Below, in pieces: positions 61,180 through 64,000 of a DNA stretch of 64,000 bases. Under the pieces are notes generated by a model that did no database searches, was not told the origin of the DNA, and worked only from the letters and a program-made list of their open reading frames with translations. The stretch comes from Acidimicrobiales bacterium. GTDB lineage: Bacteria; Actinomycetota; Acidimicrobiia; Acidimicrobiales; RAAP-2. The translations under genes were made by a program, and so were the position numbers. Position 1 is the first letter of the stretch. Each line of letters begins with the position of its first letter. The stretch is taken from the NCBI GenBank assembly GCA_025362585.1, contig JANYFR010000045.1:2110-66109 (forward strand). Reading direction: 5' to 3'.

Positions 61180-62477
61180 ACCAGCACTGCTTCTAGATCC
61201 GTTCCGTGACTCGCGACAATCTCACAGTCAACGAGTGACCCCACCGACAGTGAATGCTCCACCATCACAATGCCATCAATCTCGGGACACTCTCGGACAC
61301 TGCGTCCGATCCCCGGCGCGTCGATCAAGAGACGCTGTCGCGAGCCCACGAGGGCGTCGCGCCGGCGCGCGGTGATCCCGTCTTGAATTTCGCTGATTTC
61401 GCGCAGGCGTTCGAGCGCCAGCTCGTGGGGTACCTGTCGGTCCATGGCAATGGCGGGGGTCCCCTCCTCCGGCGAGAAGGTGAAGAAACCGGCCCAGTCC
61501 AGCTGGGCCGCCTCGACGAAGTCGATCAGTTCGCGCTGGTCGTCCTCGGTCTCGCCGGGATAGCCCAGAATGAACGAGGAGCGAAACGTCGCGTTCGCGT
61601 CGGACCGACGAATCGTGGCAATGCGCTCGAGGAACCGATCGCCGTCGCCCCATCGGCGCATCGCGCGAAGCATCGGACGCGACGCGTGCTGGAGCGAGAG
61701 GTCGAAGTAGGGGACACCGGTAGCGAGGATCGTCTCGATCAATCCGCTCGTCAGTCCCGAGGGATAGAGGTAGAGGAGGCGCACGCGCTCAACCTCGCGG
61801 CTGAGCGTCGCGGTCAGTTCGATCAGCGGCTGGGTGCCACCCTCGTCGAGCACCTCGACCGCCTCGCCGCGTCCGGCGCGGCGACGGTCGTGACCCCAAC
61901 TCGCGAGGTCCTGGGCGATGAGAACGAGCTCGCGCACGCCGCCCTCGACGAGGGCGCGCGCCTCCACCAGGATCTCCGCGGTCGAGCGTGAGCGCTGGTC
62001 GCCCCGAAAGGTCGGTATGGCGCAGAAGCCGCAACGTCGATCGCACCCTTCGGCGATCTTGACGTAGGCCCACGGCGTCGCGGACTTCGGACGGGGAAGG
62101 TTCAAGAGGTCGAAGGTCGGCACGGACCGGGTGCGCAGGGCCACCGGCGCCGACCGCGCGGCCGTCAGGCTCTCGCCGAAGCCGGCCACGAGGTCCACTT
62201 CGGGCAGCGCCGTGGCGAGCTCGTCGCCGTAGCGCTCGGCCATGCATCCGGTCACCACGAGGCGCGCGACGCCCCGTTTCCGATCGGCCAGTTCGAGGAC
62301 GGTCTCGATTGACTCTTCACGGGCGGCCTCGATGAAGGCGCAGGTATTGGCTACGACCAGGTCCGCCTCTTCGGGCGAGGCGGCCTCGAGGTAGCCCTGG
62401 GAGACGAGGAGTCCCGCCAACTTCTCAGAGTCCACGTGGTTCTTGGGGCACCCGAGTGTCTCGATCCAGTACCGCAA
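61176..62477 (-). CDS. rimO: Ribosomal protein S12 methylthiotransferase
   Basis: LGCPKN, NTCAFI, GCMAER and radical SAM CDRRCGFC. TTG start with GAGGAG SD; the ORF track extends into the tRNA. Confidence 0.92.
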   Translation of the reverse strand: MRYWIETLGCPKNHVDSEKLAGLLVSQGYLEAASPEEADLVVANTCAFIEAAREESIETVLELADRKRGVARLVVTGCMAERYGDELATALPEVDLVAGFGESLTAARSAPVALRTRSVPTFDLLNLPRPKSATPWAYVKIAEGCDRRCGFCAIPTFRGDQRSRSTAEILVEARALVEGGVRELVLIAQDLASWGHDRRRAGRGEAVEVLDEGGTQPLIELTATLSREVERVRLLYLYPSGLTSGLIETILATGVPYFDLSLQHASRPMLRAMRRWGDGDRFLERIATIRRSDANATFRSSFILGYPGETEDDQRELIDFVEAAQLDWAGFFTFSPEEGTPAIAMDRQVPHELALERLREISEIQDGITARRRDALVGSRQRLLIDAPGIGRSVRECPEIDGIVMVEHSLSVGSLVDCEIVASHGTDLEAVLV

Positions 62478-62527
62478 GAACAGCTCCTCATCAACGGCAG
62501 CACCGAGCGCGCTGCGCTCGGTGCTGA

Positions 62528-62621
62528 TGGCGGAGAGGGAGGGATTTGAACCCTCGGGCCCACTTTCGCAGGCCGCATTCTTAGCAGGAATGTGGTTTAA
62601 ACCGAACTCACCCACCTCTCC
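62528..62621 (-). tRNA. tRNA-Ser(GCT), CCA encoded
   Basis: Reverse complement folds with acceptor GGAGAGG/CCTCTCC, anticodon arm CATTC-CTGCTAA-GAATG, a long variable arm, T-loop TTCAAAT, and 3' GCCA. Confidence 0.96.
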
Positions 62622-62790
62622 CAGCCGCTCCATCCTACTAAAGGGAGGTCGCCCACCAAAAAAACTTCGGTTTCGCCGGCGACGGTGTCACGTCGCCGAT
62701 GCGGGGGCCCCTCTCGACCCGTTTCGCGCGGACGCCGAGGGCTACACTGTCCATCTCCACGAAGTGCCAGCACGTCTTGAAGGGATCTCC

Positions 62791-63666
62791 ATGCGTCATG
62801 TACGACTCGTACTCGCCGGTCTGATGGGACTGTCGGCGCTCGGCGTCGCGTCACTGGCCCCGCACGTCGCTGGCGCCTCCGGCGCCCCGTCGCTCGCCAG
62901 CTGCAAGACAGCCATCGCGGCCCAGGAGTTCACCAAGGGCAAGTTGACGGTCGCGACCGACAACCCCGTCTACACGCCCTGGTTCGTCAACAACAAGCCG
63001 ACGAACGGCCAGGGCTACGAGTCGGCATTGGTCTACGCGCTCGCTAACGTCCTCGGCGTCAAGAAGTCCGACGTCGTCTGGGTCACCGAACCCTTCAACG
63101 CCAGCTACGCCCCCGGTCCCAAGAAGTTCGACTTCGACATCAACGAAGTCTCCTACACCGCGGCCCGCGCCAAGGTCGTCACCTTCTCCCACAGCTACTA
63201 CGACGTCCAGCAGTCGATCGTCGCGCTCAAGACCAACAAGATCGTGAAGAACCACTCGGCCGCCCAGCTGAGGAACTACCAGTACGGCGACCAGCTCGGC
63301 ACCACCGGGCTCGCGTACATTAACCAACACATCAAGCCCACGAAGCCCGCGCGGGTCTATTCGACGCTCGATCAAGCGGTCGCGGCGTTGCAGAGTGGCC
63401 AGATCGACGCTCTCGTGATCGACACCCCGACCGGCCAGTACATGGCGTCGGTGCAGATCGTGAGCAAATCGAAGAAGCTCATCGCGACCCAGGTCGGGCA
63501 GTTCCCGAGCGTCGGTGAGCACTACGGTCTGCTCTTCCAGAAGCACGCTCCGCTCGCCGCTTGTGTCAACGTCGCGCTCGCCGCCCTCAAGGCCAACGGA
63601 ACCCTGTCGTCGCTCGCCCACAAGTGGCTGAGCATCTACACGAGCGTCTCCGTCATCCAGCCGTAG
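62791..63666 (+). CDS. Polar amino-acid ABC substrate-binding protein (family 3)
   Basis: LTVATDNPVYTPW, GYES and FDFDINEVSYTAAR motifs; signal peptide. Confidence 0.9.
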   Translation: MRHVRLVLAGLMGLSALGVASLAPHVAGASGAPSLASCKTAIAAQEFTKGKLTVATDNPVYTPWFVNNKPTNGQGYESALVYALANVLGVKKSDVVWVTEPFNASYAPGPKKFDFDINEVSYTAARAKVVTFSHSYYDVQQSIVALKTNKIVKNHSAAQLRNYQYGDQLGTTGLAYINQHIKPTKPARVYSTLDQAVAALQSGQIDALVIDTPTGQYMASVQIVSKSKKLIATQVGQFPSVGEHYGLLFQKHAPLAACVNVALAALKANGTLSSLAHKWLSIYTSVSVIQP

Positions 63667-63671
63667 GCATC

Positions 63672-64000
63672 GTGTCGCTCGGCACCGACGTGGACCCGTC
63701 GGTCACGTCGCCGTCGATGTTCGCGTCGCGGCGCAGCCGCCTGTTGCGAGGACGGCGGGGTCTCGCGGCGAGCATCGTGTCGTCGGTCCTCATTCTTGGG
63801 GGCCTCGTCGCGGTCTTCTACGTGGCCCCGGGCGGCGCCACCGTGCGCTACTACTTCTTCAACCCTCACGATATGTGGCTCTCGTTCGTTGGTAATCCAA
63901 GCAACGGCCTGAGCTCGGTCGGAATCGGACTGCTCACGAACCTGTGGATCTTCCTCGTCGCCGAGCTACTGGTCCTCGGGTTCGGACTGCTCATCGCGTG
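63672..64000 (+). CDS. Polar amino-acid ABC permease, 3'-truncated by the window edge
   Basis: Open frame from GTG 63672 to the end with hydrophobic segments (GLLTNLWIFLVAELLVLGFGLLIA), directly after the SBP gene. Confidence 0.75.
   Translation, partial: MSLGTDVDPSVTSPSMFASRRSRLLRGRRGLAASIVSSVLILGGLVAVFYVAPGGATVRYYFFNPHDMWLSFVGNPSNGLSSVGIGLLTNLWIFLVAELLVLGFGLLIA

Noticed and set aside
62528-62790. tRNA-Ser as an integration site for a genomic island
   Set aside because: No integrase, no duplicated tRNA 3' end, and no compositional break on either side.

Overview
A high-GC bacterial chromosome segment. Gene content and style suggest Actinomycetota, most likely Acidimicrobiia (inference). 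Seven blocks are visible. (1) 1-8355 (-): the start of a type IV pilus locus with a PilB carrying an MshEN-type motif, a PilC with a Lys/Pro tripeptide tail, and a 477-aa minor pilin fused to a CshA-NR2-like adhesin domain. It also holds a giant prepilin-like protein of at least 1241 aa built from Cys-paired Ig-like repeats; the ORF track missed it because it runs off the left edge. (2) An AT-rich regulatory gap, then cfa. (3) 10.6-22.8 kb: an uncharacterised divergent catabolic cluster (LIV-type ABC importer, beta-hydroxyacid dehydrogenase, M24 hydrolase with a non-canonical metal site, TPP E1 alpha/beta, DHPON-hydrolase-like alpha/beta hydrolase, E2 with two binding domains, TetR). (4) ppa, hbd, kynU with an internally deleted kynA remnant, ettA and an MFS pump. 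(5) 29.5-45.1 kb: a nucleoside import and catabolism island (BMP ABC, psuK/psuG, cdd, deoA, add, phosphosugar mutase, punA, a split ALDH16-like pair, deoC). (6) rmlCBA, pepP, two tandem P450 paralogues with a CxxQxxC ferredoxin, serB, MFS and an acyltransferase. (7) recA with an SOS box, a serine hydrolase, cinA, pgsA, rimO, tRNA-Ser(GCT) and an amino-acid ABC transporter truncated at the right edge. I found no CRISPR array, integrase or transposase. Family assignments come from motif recognition by eye, not from database searches.
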